Source: Phaeosaccion multiseriatum
Lineage: Eukaryota > Protista > Ochrophyta, other classes
Reading direction: 5' to 3'
Length of the DNA stretch: 64,000 nucleotides
NCBI GenBank assembly: GCA_965112735.1
Contig: OZ218960.1
Location: 2,294,001-2,358,000 of the forward strand
The notes below the pieces were generated by a model. The model made no database searches, was not told the origin of the DNA, and was given only the letters and a program-made list of their open reading frames with translations. This document shows, in pieces, positions 12,385 to 30,824 of the stretch (positions within the stretch are counted from its first letter, which is position 1; every line of letters starts with the position of its first letter). The position numbers and the translations under genes are program-made.

Positions 12385-12973
12385 CTCAAACTCAAACTCA
12401 AGCCCCTCGACGCCTGGACCCTTGACCCCTCGCTGCTGCTTTTGCTGCTGCTTTTGCTGCTGCGGCGGCGGCGGCCAGAGCACAGCAGCCTCTGGGGCGG
12501 TGGCTGGAGAGGGAGAGGGAGAGGGCGAGGGCGTTGCGCGGAGGGGTTGTGCCCTGGGCAGGATGGAAAGGTGACACACAACACACACAGTCAAACAGTC
12601 AAGGCAGTGGGCAGTCTCTTCCTTCTTTCTGCCCCGTCTGTCTATCGGGTGTGCCTATACGGATAAGGAAGGGAACGTATCGGCTGCAAGCTGTGGTCCG
12701 AAAGTCTCTGTTTCATTGATTTCATTTCGATGGGATGAGGATGGGGGAGAGAGGAGGGGGGAGAGAGTCCACACCCTACGCCGAGAGGAGAGGGGAGAGA
12801 ATCTACGCCCTGTGCTGACCGCCTGTACTCTTGCTCCCTGTGCTGCGTGCCTGCTTGTCCCTCCATGTTTATGCCCTCACCCTCAGACAGGCACGACTTG
12901 GCCTCACGCCCCCGTCGAGTCGAGACGCCATTTGGAGCGGGAGAATCACCAACTGCCTTCCTGACTCCCTCCC

Positions 12974-19334
<6,361 letters not shown>

Positions 19335-20006
19335 CAGGGTCCAGTAGGGCCCCTCTACCCCCCCCTTCTTCTATTCGTTCTGCTGCTGTTGCATCCCCGC
19401 CCTCGGCATGTACACATGGATGCGATGCTATCAATTTTGGCAGTGTTCACGCTGTTGGGTTGTGAAAGGTACCCAATTTTCCCGTTGACATAGTCAGTGT
19501 TCCTTCCTTTGATCTTCGCGACCAACGGGCCATGGGTGACCGGGCCAACCACTTCATTCGCCAACTGGCCCAACACTTCCACCGTCGACGAGGCCGTGCG
19601 GATCAACCCCATCTCTGGCTGGCTTCGTGCCCGCATGTCGGTATGTCGGTGGCCGCAGTGCGGGTCACCAGCCTTTGCCTTTGCCTTTGTGGCTCTCGAG
19701 TGTCTTGGCGCTCGCTCGGAAATGACTTTTCTTCTGGGGGTGGCGCCGATGCCCCCCTTCCTTGCCTTTGTTTGACAGCACAGCCAATCTTGCCTCGTCC
19801 TACTTGGCTGATGTCGCTGGGCTGTGTGAGTGCGTGGGTGGTCGCCTACTTACCTCGTGAGTTTGCGTAATAAGTAATGTTTTCTTTGTCCGTGGTGCAT
19901 GAGCCGGGACATGTAAGGTTATTTTATGTGTCCCCACGGAAGGAGACACACTACTTCGCTCTTCATACTCTCATTCACTCATCCATTCGTTCATTGAATA
20001 GATGTA

Positions 20007-20007
<1 letters not shown>

Positions 20008-20063
<56 letters not shown>
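20008..20063. repeat. (GAT)n microsatellite
   Basis: Perfect ATG/GAT run. Confidence 0.95.
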
Positions 20064-20066
<3 letters not shown>

Positions 20067-20114
20067 AGGGGTCAAAATTAATGGGCGCTGGAACACAACA
20101 AACCAACGAACGCT

Positions 20115-20746
20115 TCAGAGGTTGAGGTTACCGCACGACAGCGCGTTCCGACTGCAGAACTCCTGCAGTGCTGCCGTGAGCATGCTCGGCTCAGCGGCCG
20201 TTGACGCCTCGCCTTCCTCGGGCTGTGGCCACTCCAACAGCACCTCCCCAACCCTGCCCAGCAGCGTTTGCGTGTCGCTCTGAAACGCTTGTGCATCCCT
20301 CTGTAACGCTTGCGCCTCGCTCTCAAAGGCTTGTGCGTCCCTCTCCAGCCCCTTGAGGATCCACTTACTGTACAGCCCACCCAAGACCAGCAGTGCCCAG
20401 GGCACTAGCCAGGCGGGGGGCAGGGGCCTCCTTTGCGGCTGCCTCTTCGCCTTGGGAGAATCAGCCACGACTGCTGCAGCCACAGCCTTTGGGGACGTCC
20501 GAGTCACAGCTTGGGGTGGGCGGGAATCGACCGCGACAGGCGGCTCAGTTGCCGAATCGACCGCCACAGATGGCTCGGTTGCCGCACTCCCCGCCGCCGT
20601 CTGAGCGGACGGGCGGATCTCCCTACCTCCCCTCGTAGACGAGGCCGCCTGCTGCGGCTGGTAAGGGGCCACAGCAGCGGAAAACACTGAGAGAGAGCTC
20701 GGCGTAACGGGCCGGATACGCAGCTTTCCTTTCCTCTTTCGCAGCA

Positions 20747-20793
<47 letters not shown>

Positions 20794-21166
20794 TCAACAC
20801 CCTCTTCTTCTTCCACCGGTATCCGAACCGCTTGCTCCGCCTCAGCCTCCGCCCTCTCCCTCTCCCCCTCCTCCTCCCCCTCCTCCGAGGAAGAGGGCTC
20901 CAGCACGGCCCTCGTGGCCACTAGGAACTGCTGCCACACTGCCTCACTGTCCTGCAGCCCCTTCCGCTCGATGGTGCGCCGCAGCATGGTGCTTTTAAAG
21001 AACTTGATGGACACACAGATGGTCAGTACACACGTCCCCACCTCTCTGCCGGGACGCACCACGCAGCTGTCCTCGATCTGAAAGTAGTCTGCGGTCGGTG
21101 TGGGACGAGAGGGAAGGGAAGGAAGAGGGGCTCGTGGTTGGTTGGTGGGTTGTGCGATGAGAACCA

Positions 21167-21200
<34 letters not shown>

Positions 21201-24113
21201 TGCAAGTCACTTGTTCCACAGTTGGCGGCATGGCAGGCATGTTCGTGCGCATATCCGACCAAAAGCCCCACCTCCCTCCCCACCTGCCATCATGATGTCC
21301 TCGAGATGCGTGGACGTTTCAATTATGAAACCGCTCTCCCCGAACCGCCTTAGCCGCTGAGCCTTGAGCGTCCTCGTCTCCTGCGGACCCATGGGGGCGG
21401 AAAAGGGGTGTACATAGCGCAGCTCTCTTGTTTGACCAAGCCACTGCGGTGCTATTTGCTCAGTACGCTCTGACTCCTCTCCCTCGCCCTCGCCCTCGCT
21501 CTCCCCGTTGGTGTCACAACCGTCGCCGTTGCCGTTACTCTCACCCATTTCTACCCAGGGCGTGGCGTTAACGTCCGAGTCCCCCTGGGACTCGTGAAAC
21601 GCCACAAGACCGTGTACGGCGTCGTCTGCGAAGAACAGCCCGTGCAGCCGGGCCAGAGAGCATGGCAGCGTCTCTGACAGAGTCACACTGGAGCCGCCCT
21701 CCTTCTCTCTGCGATCCACCAGCCCAGCCACCGCCTTTCCGAACTCCTCCTTCTCCTCCGCTGCGCTCGTCTGCGACTGCTCTTGGATGGTGGGTGCGCC
21801 ACTTGCCCGTCCTGCAGCTTGTTGTCTGCTTCTCAGCTGCCCCCCTACTTGCAAAAGTGACGAGACGCGGGCGACGCTTTCCCCCGGCAATGCTAGGCTG
21901 GACGGTTCCTCGAGCACATCAACCTCTGAGTCCCCTTCGCTGCCAGTCTCTGGCCTATGCCCGTTGCCCCCTGTGAAAGGCACACTGTCTTCCTCATCCT
22001 GCTGCTCCTGCCCCTGCTCCCGCTCCTGCCCCTCGCGCTGCTGCTGCCGCTGCTCCGAATGGGCCTCTCCCCCTCGGCTGCTAGACGCGCCTCTGGATGC
22101 AGACACGGCCACCGTTGCCCCATTCGGCAGCAATGCCTTGGGCGTCCCTTCGCCCTCTGCTGCCTTCGTGCCCGAGTCAGACAGAGAGCTCATGCTACTG
22201 TCCGTGCGCAAAATGGCTGGCGGCAAACCTGTTGTTCCATGAGTCGTCAAGAGGTGAGGAAGCAAGCAGTGGTGTGAAGGCGGTGGGGGCAAGAAGGTAT
22301 TTGTCGCACGACGGAAATCTTTGCCAGCCAGGCCTACCCACCCACCCACCCACCCACCCACCCACACACCCACACACACACCCACTCACACACCCACACA
22401 TATCCTTGGCGCACCATCTCTAAAGCCCGCTCCTCCCGAGCCTGTGTAGGTACCGCGGCCGTGTCTCTGCTCGTGCTGCTGCTTGATATGTGTGTCCGCT
22501 TCTCTAAGGTGCTCGCTGCGCTTCAACGCTTCGTATGCCTCCTTCTCCCGCTGCCGCTTCTCCCTCTGCAGGGATTGCGAGCAGCACAGCAGCAGCAGCA
22601 GCAGCAGTTGGTGATACAGTAGCAGTTGGCGATACAAGCAGTACGTTTGGGTCATGCTAATATAACAGCACAAGGCTAGCCCCCCACACAATGTCCAATG
22701 CCAGACCTTTCGAAGGCCACCCACCGCGCACGCCACACATATTCGCTCATTCACTCACCTCCTCTGCCCTCGGGTCCTTGATTGGCTGGAGGCCCTGGCT
22801 GATCCGGTGGTAGTTCTTCAGTGTGTAGTAAGCATCGTGCCTGTAGGGACAGCACAAGCGAGGGAAGGCATGCAAGGGGAGCGGCGGTCAATGCATGGAC
22901 TATGATGACGGCAATTACCAAAAGGCGCTCCGTGGGAGGGGGGTGGCTTTCTGAAACGGACCTGACAAAGGCAGCAACTACTCAAATGTCGTGTCTTCTT
23001 ACCTATCCCAAAAGGAGCGGAAGATGTACTCTCGCTTAGCCGTGATAATAGAAATGGCATTGGGGATGAAAAGTGCCGTCTTCTCCTTCGTAATGACGTG
23101 AATGTGACTGTTGCAAAGATATGAGTAAGGGAGGGAGCGCAGAAGGGCAACACAGCAGCGATTCCGGCACAATGGTAGTGATGCAGTGATGAGCCGAGCT
23201 GTGAGGTCTTTTTGGGAGACTACAACGGGCTGCTTTGGAGGTAGAGCACACAACTGACCGATTGACTGCCTTCCTTCCTTCTTTCCTTCCTTCCTTCCTT
23301 CCTTCCTTCCTTCCTTCCTTTCTTCCTCCTTCCTTCGATACCTATAGGGTATTTTGATGATCTTCTCGTAGCCGAAGAGGTTGCTGTAGAAGCAAATGAA
23401 CTGGTCAGTGGCGTACATGCGGCCGTGCAGCAAGATGCGCCCGTCCACAGCACAGGAGAAGTCCTCCTGCACCTTCCCGACCTGCGGCAGGCAGAGTGGA
23501 GAGGGGCCAAGGGAGAGACAGACAAAGACGCGGCATGAGAATGAGAGAGGAGCATCTCTATGTCACCGATGAGCAAGCACGCGTAGTTGAAGGGACGTTT
23601 CGCCCCCCACTAAGGGTCTCTTTCAATACGTACATCTGCTCCGAATATCTGCCGCACGACGTCGTCTCGATAAGCATCGTCGCCGGACCCGGTTATCCGC
23701 TCCAGCAGCCCCTTGCCCCCGCTTTGCTCTGAATCCCATGCCGCAATCACCGGCGCAGAGCACACCAGCGGGCGTACGCGTTAGATGGATAATGCCAGGC
23801 ACGGAAGCGTCCGAAACCGAACAACCAGAAGGTTCGAATCGTTCAGAGCAAGCGGTTAAAAATAAGCATTCCGGCAAGGAAGAAAGACAGTCCTGGAAGT
23901 AGGGCAAAGGAGGGGAAGAAAGACCAAGGGCGGTTGCTTGTCCTCACCTGTTTTCTTCCCCCCTCTCTCATGGCGAGCAGGAGAGGACTGCCTGTGATGA
24001 GAGTGATGTGTAATTGTAGAGCTGCCACGGCTCTTTAGGGCCACCGCTGTCGCCGCTGCTGCCAGCGCGGCCTTTTCCACCTCTGACTGCTCTTCATCCT
24101 CCTCTGGCACCAT
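20115..24113 (-). CDS. GRAM + VASt/StARkin domain membrane-anchored sterol transfer protein (LAM/GRAMD1/VAD1 family)
   Basis: GRAM: DFSCAVDGRILLHGRMYATDQFICFYSNLFG.EKII.IP..I..ITKEKTALFIPNAISI. VASt: LPCSL..LH.LFFADD, W, RELRY.HP, PMGP, IETST.LEDI..ADYFQIE, VSIKFFKSTMLRRTIE. C-terminal TM followed by a coiled coil. Confidence 0.92.
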
Positions 24114-24402
24114 ATTTTATCCCTGTGCCCCCCTCCTTTCGGTCCTCGGCGCTCTACCCCTTGCTTTTGTTTTGTGTTGATCGAGCCACCCTGGACCGAG
24201 GAATAATGAGGCTCAAAGCCCCAAACACTACTGCTGGGGGGGGTAGCAGAGCCTTACTGCTGCTGCTGCGGCCTCCGAGGTCATGAAGCACGTATATTCG
24301 GGGTATGTGGCAAACGAGTCGCCGAAGGCCGGTTTTCCGAAAATTTTAGCTCACCCGCCCCCCCTTCCCTCACAACACCCTCTACTTTGATCAAAATTAA
24401 CA

Positions 24403-25473
24403 ATGGTGGGGCCAACAGAAGGACAAGGCAAGAGGAAAGAGAGCAGCAACAGCTCCAGCAGTGGCAGCGCTCACATCGAGAAGAAGCCCAAGACCGCTCT
24501 AGCTACTGCGACAGGAGGAGAGGCCTGCGATGGAGAGGTGGCCGAGGCCGACTACCAGGCCGTGGAGCGGCAGCTCGGGTATCGCCCCAAGAATCTCATG
24601 GCTGTGGCTGCTCGGAATGATCGAGGTCAGTGGAGGGAAGAGAGAGCAGCCTTGAGCTTGAAGCGATGCCAGAGACCAATCAGTACACGGATCATGTTCG
24701 CTTCATGATCTCACGACACTTCTCCCGTTACTTGCAGGGGAGCCGGCATCACTGAAGCTGAGGCCGCTTTGTCCAGCCAAAAAGGGCAAGGCGGAGATGA
24801 AGAAGAAGAGACAGGGCAAGGTGAGTCGAGTGACACGGCCACTCTGTTGTTAAGGGGACTTCTAATCCCTCCCTCCCTCGACGCCTCTCCTCTGCCGCAC
24901 CACTGCAGCTGGAGCCATTTCCCACGCACTTTTGGCTGTGCTGCCAAGAGTTGAGTGCTGCAGTGTCTGGGTTGGAGCAGTGCGGCCGCATCAAAGAGTG
25001 GGAAGCGAAGCTGCAGGCCAGCGCGGAGCATACAGACCGGATGAAGGGCTGCCACGAAAGGTAGTCATAGTTCACGAGCCAAAGGAAGCCTGGCACCCAT
25101 TCTATTTTGGGCCCTGCTCTGTCCCATAAGGACTGTGTTACCTGCTGTGTCCAGTCTTGCCAGTCTTGCCCCCAGCCCACCAGCAAACCACACCACCGGG
25201 CCACACCCGCTCATCTCCCCTCGACTGCCATCCCCTGGCAGGTATGCAGCGCTCCGATGGGCAGCTCTCTCGCCCGAGGACAGGCAGACCGTTGCGGCAC
25301 ACCCTGGCTGGGAGAAGGCGCTGGGGCCGACCGCAGGGGTGGCGGGCATCCGAAACTTCGCCACCATCAAGTGCCTTCATACGCACTACGCGCACTACCT
25401 GGCCACGAAGGACAACTTGATCGGGGAGTGGGTGCAGGAGGCACTGGACCTCGCCAGGGCGGGAGGGGGGTGA
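24403..25473 (+). CDS. DUF501 family protein
   Basis: Across 4 exons: D..AVERQLGYRP, EPFPTHFWLCC..L..AVSGLE..G.IK, H.RYA..RW, GVAGIR....KCLHTHYAHYLA..N.IGEW. Confidence 0.85.
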
Positions 25474-25481
25474 GGAGAAGA

Positions 25482-25528
<47 letters not shown>

Positions 25529-26455
25529 GAGGAGAAGGAGGAGGCCCAAGAGAAGCAGGATGAGAAGGAGGAGGAGAAGGACGAGGCGACGTGAGCGTGA
25601 GCGGATTGGACTCACTGGTGGGTGACGCTGTGGCAACGCTATGACACTTAAGGCCCCCCACGAGTCGCTAAGTTGGCCATCGCCTTGGGCCGCCCCCTGT
25701 GCCGTCCTGCTGTGGTGAGGAGGACCCCCCCTACCCGACAATTGCCGCACACATATTGCACGAGGCTGGCGACGGCGATGGCTGTGGCGATGGCGATTGC
25801 TTGCTTCCTGAAGAGTCGTCAGAGTCGCCGATCGATGACTAAACACTTGACGAGCAGTGCTAGGGGCAGGTCGAGCTAAGGTCGAGCAGAGGTAGAGCAT
25901 CGGAGGTCGAGCACTGAAGTCGAGCACTGAGGTCGAGCATCATCGGGCTCATCAAGCTACATCCCCAGCGCTCATCAGGCTATCTCCTCAGCGTGCAATG
26001 GGACAGCTCATCAGCGCGAAATGGGGCGCCGAATGTGTCCGCCCACGCGCTCGCTGTTCTCGATCGGCCGCCGCTCATCTCAGGCATTCGACCTTAGGCA
26101 TGGGGCATTTTGGCATGGTTTGGTTGCTGCGGTTCCTGCGCTGGCCGCTTATTGAGCGTGCCCCCCCCCCCCCGGAGTGGCGGCGTAGTGGCGGGGGTGA
26201 GCGTGAACATCGCCCTTTGACTTCACGCTCACCCCCGCCCCAAGGGGAAGTAAGAAGTAAAAAAAAATTATTGACTTACTGTAACGCCGACGTACGAAGA
26301 GCTTCAAATGGCGTCCTCATAGCACCACCTTCTCTGAGTCACCCGCTTTGGTTGAAAAGTGACAAGGCCCCATATTTTTTCTTCTCACCTCTACCAAGCT
26401 GTGTGGGTCTATGATGGGGCGCTCTTCATCTGAGAAGAAGAGAAGAAGTAGGAAC

Positions 26456-27741
26456 ATGAAGACCCTCAGTGTTGTGGGAGCGTCTGTGCTCGGGCTTGCG
26501 CAAATACGTGGCGGGTCAGCTTTCCACTCTCTTCCCCCGTCACGGAGTGGAGGGGGAGTGGGCAGGGTGGGGAGGGTCAGGAAGGGAGGAGGTGGCATGG
26601 GAGGAATGAAAGCGGCACCAGCAGTGAGGGGGGTTCGTTTGACGGCTCTGGCTTCACCTTCAGAGGCAATGCAGCGGCTCACCGATAAGATCAGTAACGT
26701 CGGAGTGGAGCCAGTAGTTGTGCCAGTCGACCAAGCGGCGAGCAGTGCTGGTAGCGGCGGGGGTGGTGTGGGTGCAGGCGAGATGCTGGATAGCTACGTT
26801 GGTACTCTGAAGCAGCTTTTGGGGCAGCAGCTGGGCTGGACAGAGAGCAAGGTAGCGGGGATCCCGGAGACGGTCAGGCAATTTGAGAGCGAGCTCCAAA
26901 GGCCCGTGATCGACGCTCCTCTACCGTCGTTTCCCTCGTCCTTAGGGGAGCTCATGGATGGCGCCGCGCGAGCCACAGAGGCGGCGTCTAAAGTAGCATC
27001 AGCAATAGCCTCGGCAGTACCGGATGGAGGGGTGCAGCAGCTACCTTCGGCGCTCGGCCACGGCTTGATCGACGCTTGGGCGTCAGAGTTCGTAAAGGTC
27101 ACGGCAGCCCTGTCTTCCGCGGGCGTCTCTGTCGAGCGGGGCGAAGAAGCCCTCATCATCCAGTCTGTGGGGCTGCTGGGCATCGTCTTTCTGGGAGCTC
27201 TCACAATTCTCATCGTCGGGGGCGGTGACGGCAGCAGGGGCGGGCCGGATACGAGGTCGCTGCCTACCGACTACGATCTTCCCCGCATCATGGGCTATTA
27301 CAACTCTCGCCCGGCCATGCTCATCTCGCGGCTCGTGACTGTGTCCAGCTCTCTCATCACGCTGGCCATTGCCCTGTACAAAGACAAGAAGACGGGGCAA
27401 TGGGAAGCCAATATGCCCAAGAGGGCTGAGTACTTCCGCGAGTTTGTGCAGAACGCCGGCCCGACCTACATTAAGGTGGGGCAGGGCGTGTCCGTGAGGC
27501 CAGACATCTTGCCGGAGCCGTACCTTGTGGAGTTACAGAAGCTGCAGGACCAGGTGTCCCCTTTCCCCGACAGCGAGGCGAGAGCGATATTGGAGCAACA
27601 GCTTGGACAGCCCCTCAGCGCTATCTTCGAGGATGTGTCAGCCTTCGACTCGCCCATCGCAGCCGCCAGTCTGGGCCAGGTAGGCGACTCGCTCAGTGGT
27701 GCTCTGTGTTCCTGTTCTTCTCTCGATTTTCACTCTCTCTC

Positions 27742-27777
<36 letters not shown>

Positions 27778-30134
27778 GCTGCGTCTTTCCCTCTGCTTTC
27801 TCGTCGCCCTCATCCATCCATTCCTCTCCTCCTCGTCGTCCTTATTTCCTTTCCTGTCCATCAGGTCTACAAGGCAAAACTCCGCTCCAACGGAGCCGAA
27901 GTGGCCGTCAAAGTACAGAGGCCGGAGGTGTTGACGAGCGTGACGCTCGATCTGTACGTCATCAGGATCATACTGCAGACCATCGCCAAGAGCGACAAAT
28001 ACAAGGAGTCAGCGCTCTCCATCCTGGGCGTCATTGACAACTGGGCTTTCCGTTTCATCGAGGTGAGGGATCACGGAAGGATCGATCTTACTTGGTACTT
28101 TTTAAACCTCGTTTCTACCAAGGCCTTGCTTACTCCGAGAATGCCTGGAGTCACCTGAGTACGCCGTCCCAGCTCTTTGGGCAGTTGTACATCTACTCGA
28201 AACTGACTCACAGCCCCCCTCTCCCCCGGCTCTCCTCGCTACTGGGAACGTTGTATCATACCCATAGGAGCTGGACTATATGAAAGAGGCCGCCAATGGA
28301 GAGCGTTTCCGTAGCGAGATGGGGGCGAGTAAGACGCTGGGCGAAGCCATCATCGTGCCCACCACGTACGTGGAGTACACCTCCCGTTACACCCTTGTGA
28401 GCGACTGGGTCAATGGAGTGAAGATCGGGGCCATCGACTCGAGCACTGAGGAGGGCAAGACTCGACTGCGACGCACGGTGTCAACGCTCGTGTCGGCATA
28501 TCTTGTGCAGCTCCTGGAGAGCGGCTTCCTCCACGCGGACCCTCACCCGGGCAACTTCCTCTGCACTCCCGACGGTCGGCTGGTGATCCTTGACTTTGGG
28601 CTGATGCAGACTGTGGGAGAAGAGCAGAGGGTCGGTCTCCTGCGCTACGTGAGTAACCTCCTCGCCAAAGACTACGAGTCCACGCTGGACGACCTGGTGA
28701 CCCTCGGCTTCATCCCTAGTGAGATCACAGACGACCCCGCCAAGGCAGCCATTGTTGCCCCTCTACTTGGCACGGTGCTGGAGCAGCTCTCCAATGGGGG
28801 AGGAGCAAACGCCATTACCGTCGAGAGTGTGGGGGAGGAGATTGAGGAGCTCGGTAAGCAGTACCCCATCGTCATCCCCAGCTACTTTGGCCTCATCATC
28901 CGGGCTTTTAGCGCCTTGGAGGGCCTCGGCCTGACGTTGGATCCGGGCTACAGCATCGTCAAGGAGTGCTTCCCTTACCTCTGCAGGCGTCTCCTCACCG
29001 ACGAGTCACCCCCTATCCAAACCATGCTCCGAACCTTCCTCTACGGGAAGGACGGCAAGTACCTCAATGTGGACCGCGTGGACGAGCTTGTCGACGGTTA
29101 CTCACAGTTCACGGCCCTCGCCGCGGATGCCTCCACCCCGGATGCTGAGCGAGCGGTAACGGGTCTCTCCGAGCAGGCACGGGAGCAGCTTGGGCTGGCG
29201 GGAGACGCTCCGTTGGCGCTGGCAGCCTCCTCCTCCGACGATGGTGGCCTGCTGAACGACCCTGTGGCCAAAGACGCCCTTCAGGTGCGCCACTGTATCA
29301 CCAACTGATGATCCTCCTGCTTGTATGTATGTATGTATCACCATCTGCTGTTGCTGCTGCTGCTACTGGGTAGTGCTTGTCTGTTGGCGTGTTATTCCCC
29401 ACGCGTCTCACCTGCTGCCCCTCCCCACCCTCCTCCTCTTCCCCTTCACACCCTCCCTTCTCCTCTTTTCACCACAGCTGCTCTTCTCCAAAGACGGCAA
29501 CTACGTGCAGGACCTTGTGGTGGAGGAGATGGTGCGCATGACCGATGCCCTAACTCGAGAGGTGAACCTCGAGCTCATCCGCTTCCTCCAGCGCCTCACG
29601 CACTCCTCCAACCCCCTCTCCCCGGGCGCCGTCGTCCGCTCCCTGGCGGAGGGTCCCAGCCTTGGCCCTCTCATGGCCCCGGCGAGGATGGCTGCTCAAC
29701 TGCAAACGAGCAGCTTCGACCGCCTGACCCAGCGCCTGGAGGTGGCTCTTATGCTTGACGATGACGATGCGGAGTCCCTCTCTGCTCTCCGTCGCCTCGT
29801 GGCCCTCTTCAACAAGTCTGTGTCAACAGTGGCCACCACCGCAGATGCGGTCAACGGCGGCTTACCCTCGGCCACTGCTGGCAATGGCTCGCCCTCTCGC
29901 TTTCCCCTCCCTCCCTTCATGCCTCCTGGGGAAGCCCTCGCCAATGCCCGGCGTGTAAGGCAGGTGGCGAGTCTCATTGGCCCGGGAGCCCTCGTCATGG
30001 GGGAGCGGTTTGTGGTGACGCTCACCTCCCGGCTGCTGGCCAGGCTCGCTGAGAACCTCGAGAACAGTCCGGCCTATGGCGGGGTGGCTAAGGAGGAGGC
30101 ATTGGCCAAGAAGCAAAGGGCATTTAGAGCATAG
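26456..30134 (+). CDS. ABC1/UbiB-family atypical kinase, predicted plastid-targeted
   Basis: Motifs GPTYIKVGQ.VSVRPDILP, LQKLQDQV.PF, PIAAASLGQVYKA, VAVKVQRP, ELDY.KEA.N, QLLESGFLHADPHPGN, LDFGL, PSYF.LIIRAF..LEG. Leader MKTLSVVGASVLGLAQIRGGSA-F (signal peptide plus ASAFAP-like Phe). Alternative ATG at 26411. Confidence 0.93.
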
Positions 30135-30824
30135 CGCCCCTACCTCGGGCCCCCGGGGGAAGCCACGCCCCCTTCTGCTTTCCATAAGCACCCTGCGCCT
30201 CGAATTTTGAACCATATATTGTTTGATTATTTACTTAATTAAAATTACTTGAAAATATATTGAAAACAGATAAAAGAAGCAAGAACGTCTCAACAACAAC
30301 AGCAGCAGGCTTCAGTGTGGTGTGCTGGTGACATCCTCTCTCAATCCCACTTTCTACATACTTTTATTTCATCCCTTTTCGTCCCTTTCTTTCTTTCTTT
30401 GCCCACCCCAACGCACGCACACACACACCACCACCACAGAGCTGAACGCCCCGATCCATCCACGTGTCCACACGCCTGACGGGCCGACCAAGACAGCAAG
30501 CAACACCGGCAGCAGTACAGTAAAGTCGGTCCCTCAGGCCGGCCTTTCAGCCCCCTCGCTGTTGGGGTACTGTACTCTCCTCAGTCCTACAGCCCCTCCT
30601 ACCCGCGGTCCCCTTCCTGCCCACCTGTAGGGGCGAGGAGTGAGTGGCCCTTCCTTCCTTCCTTCCTTCCTTCCCTGTAGCCTTGCTCAGCATCAACCCC
30701 TCCACCTCACCCTCTATGCCATGACTGACCCCTCCGCCTCTCCATCAACGAAGCTGCTGTTTCTTCTAGGCCTTTGTTCTAAAACCTCTCGACCCACCCC
30801 TCTCCGCCCTTCGCAGAACCCACT

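Noticed and set aside
12241-12594. Possible extra last exon of the GT34-sulfotransferase gene overlapping the ribokinase 3' end antisense
   Set aside because: An in-frame TGA at 12974 already closes the domain; the alternative needs unverified splicing.
22999-23010. Apparent premature stop after the GRAM domain (FWDR*)
   Set aside because: The TAA is part of an AG|GTAAGA splice donor, so this is neither a pseudogene nor readthrough.
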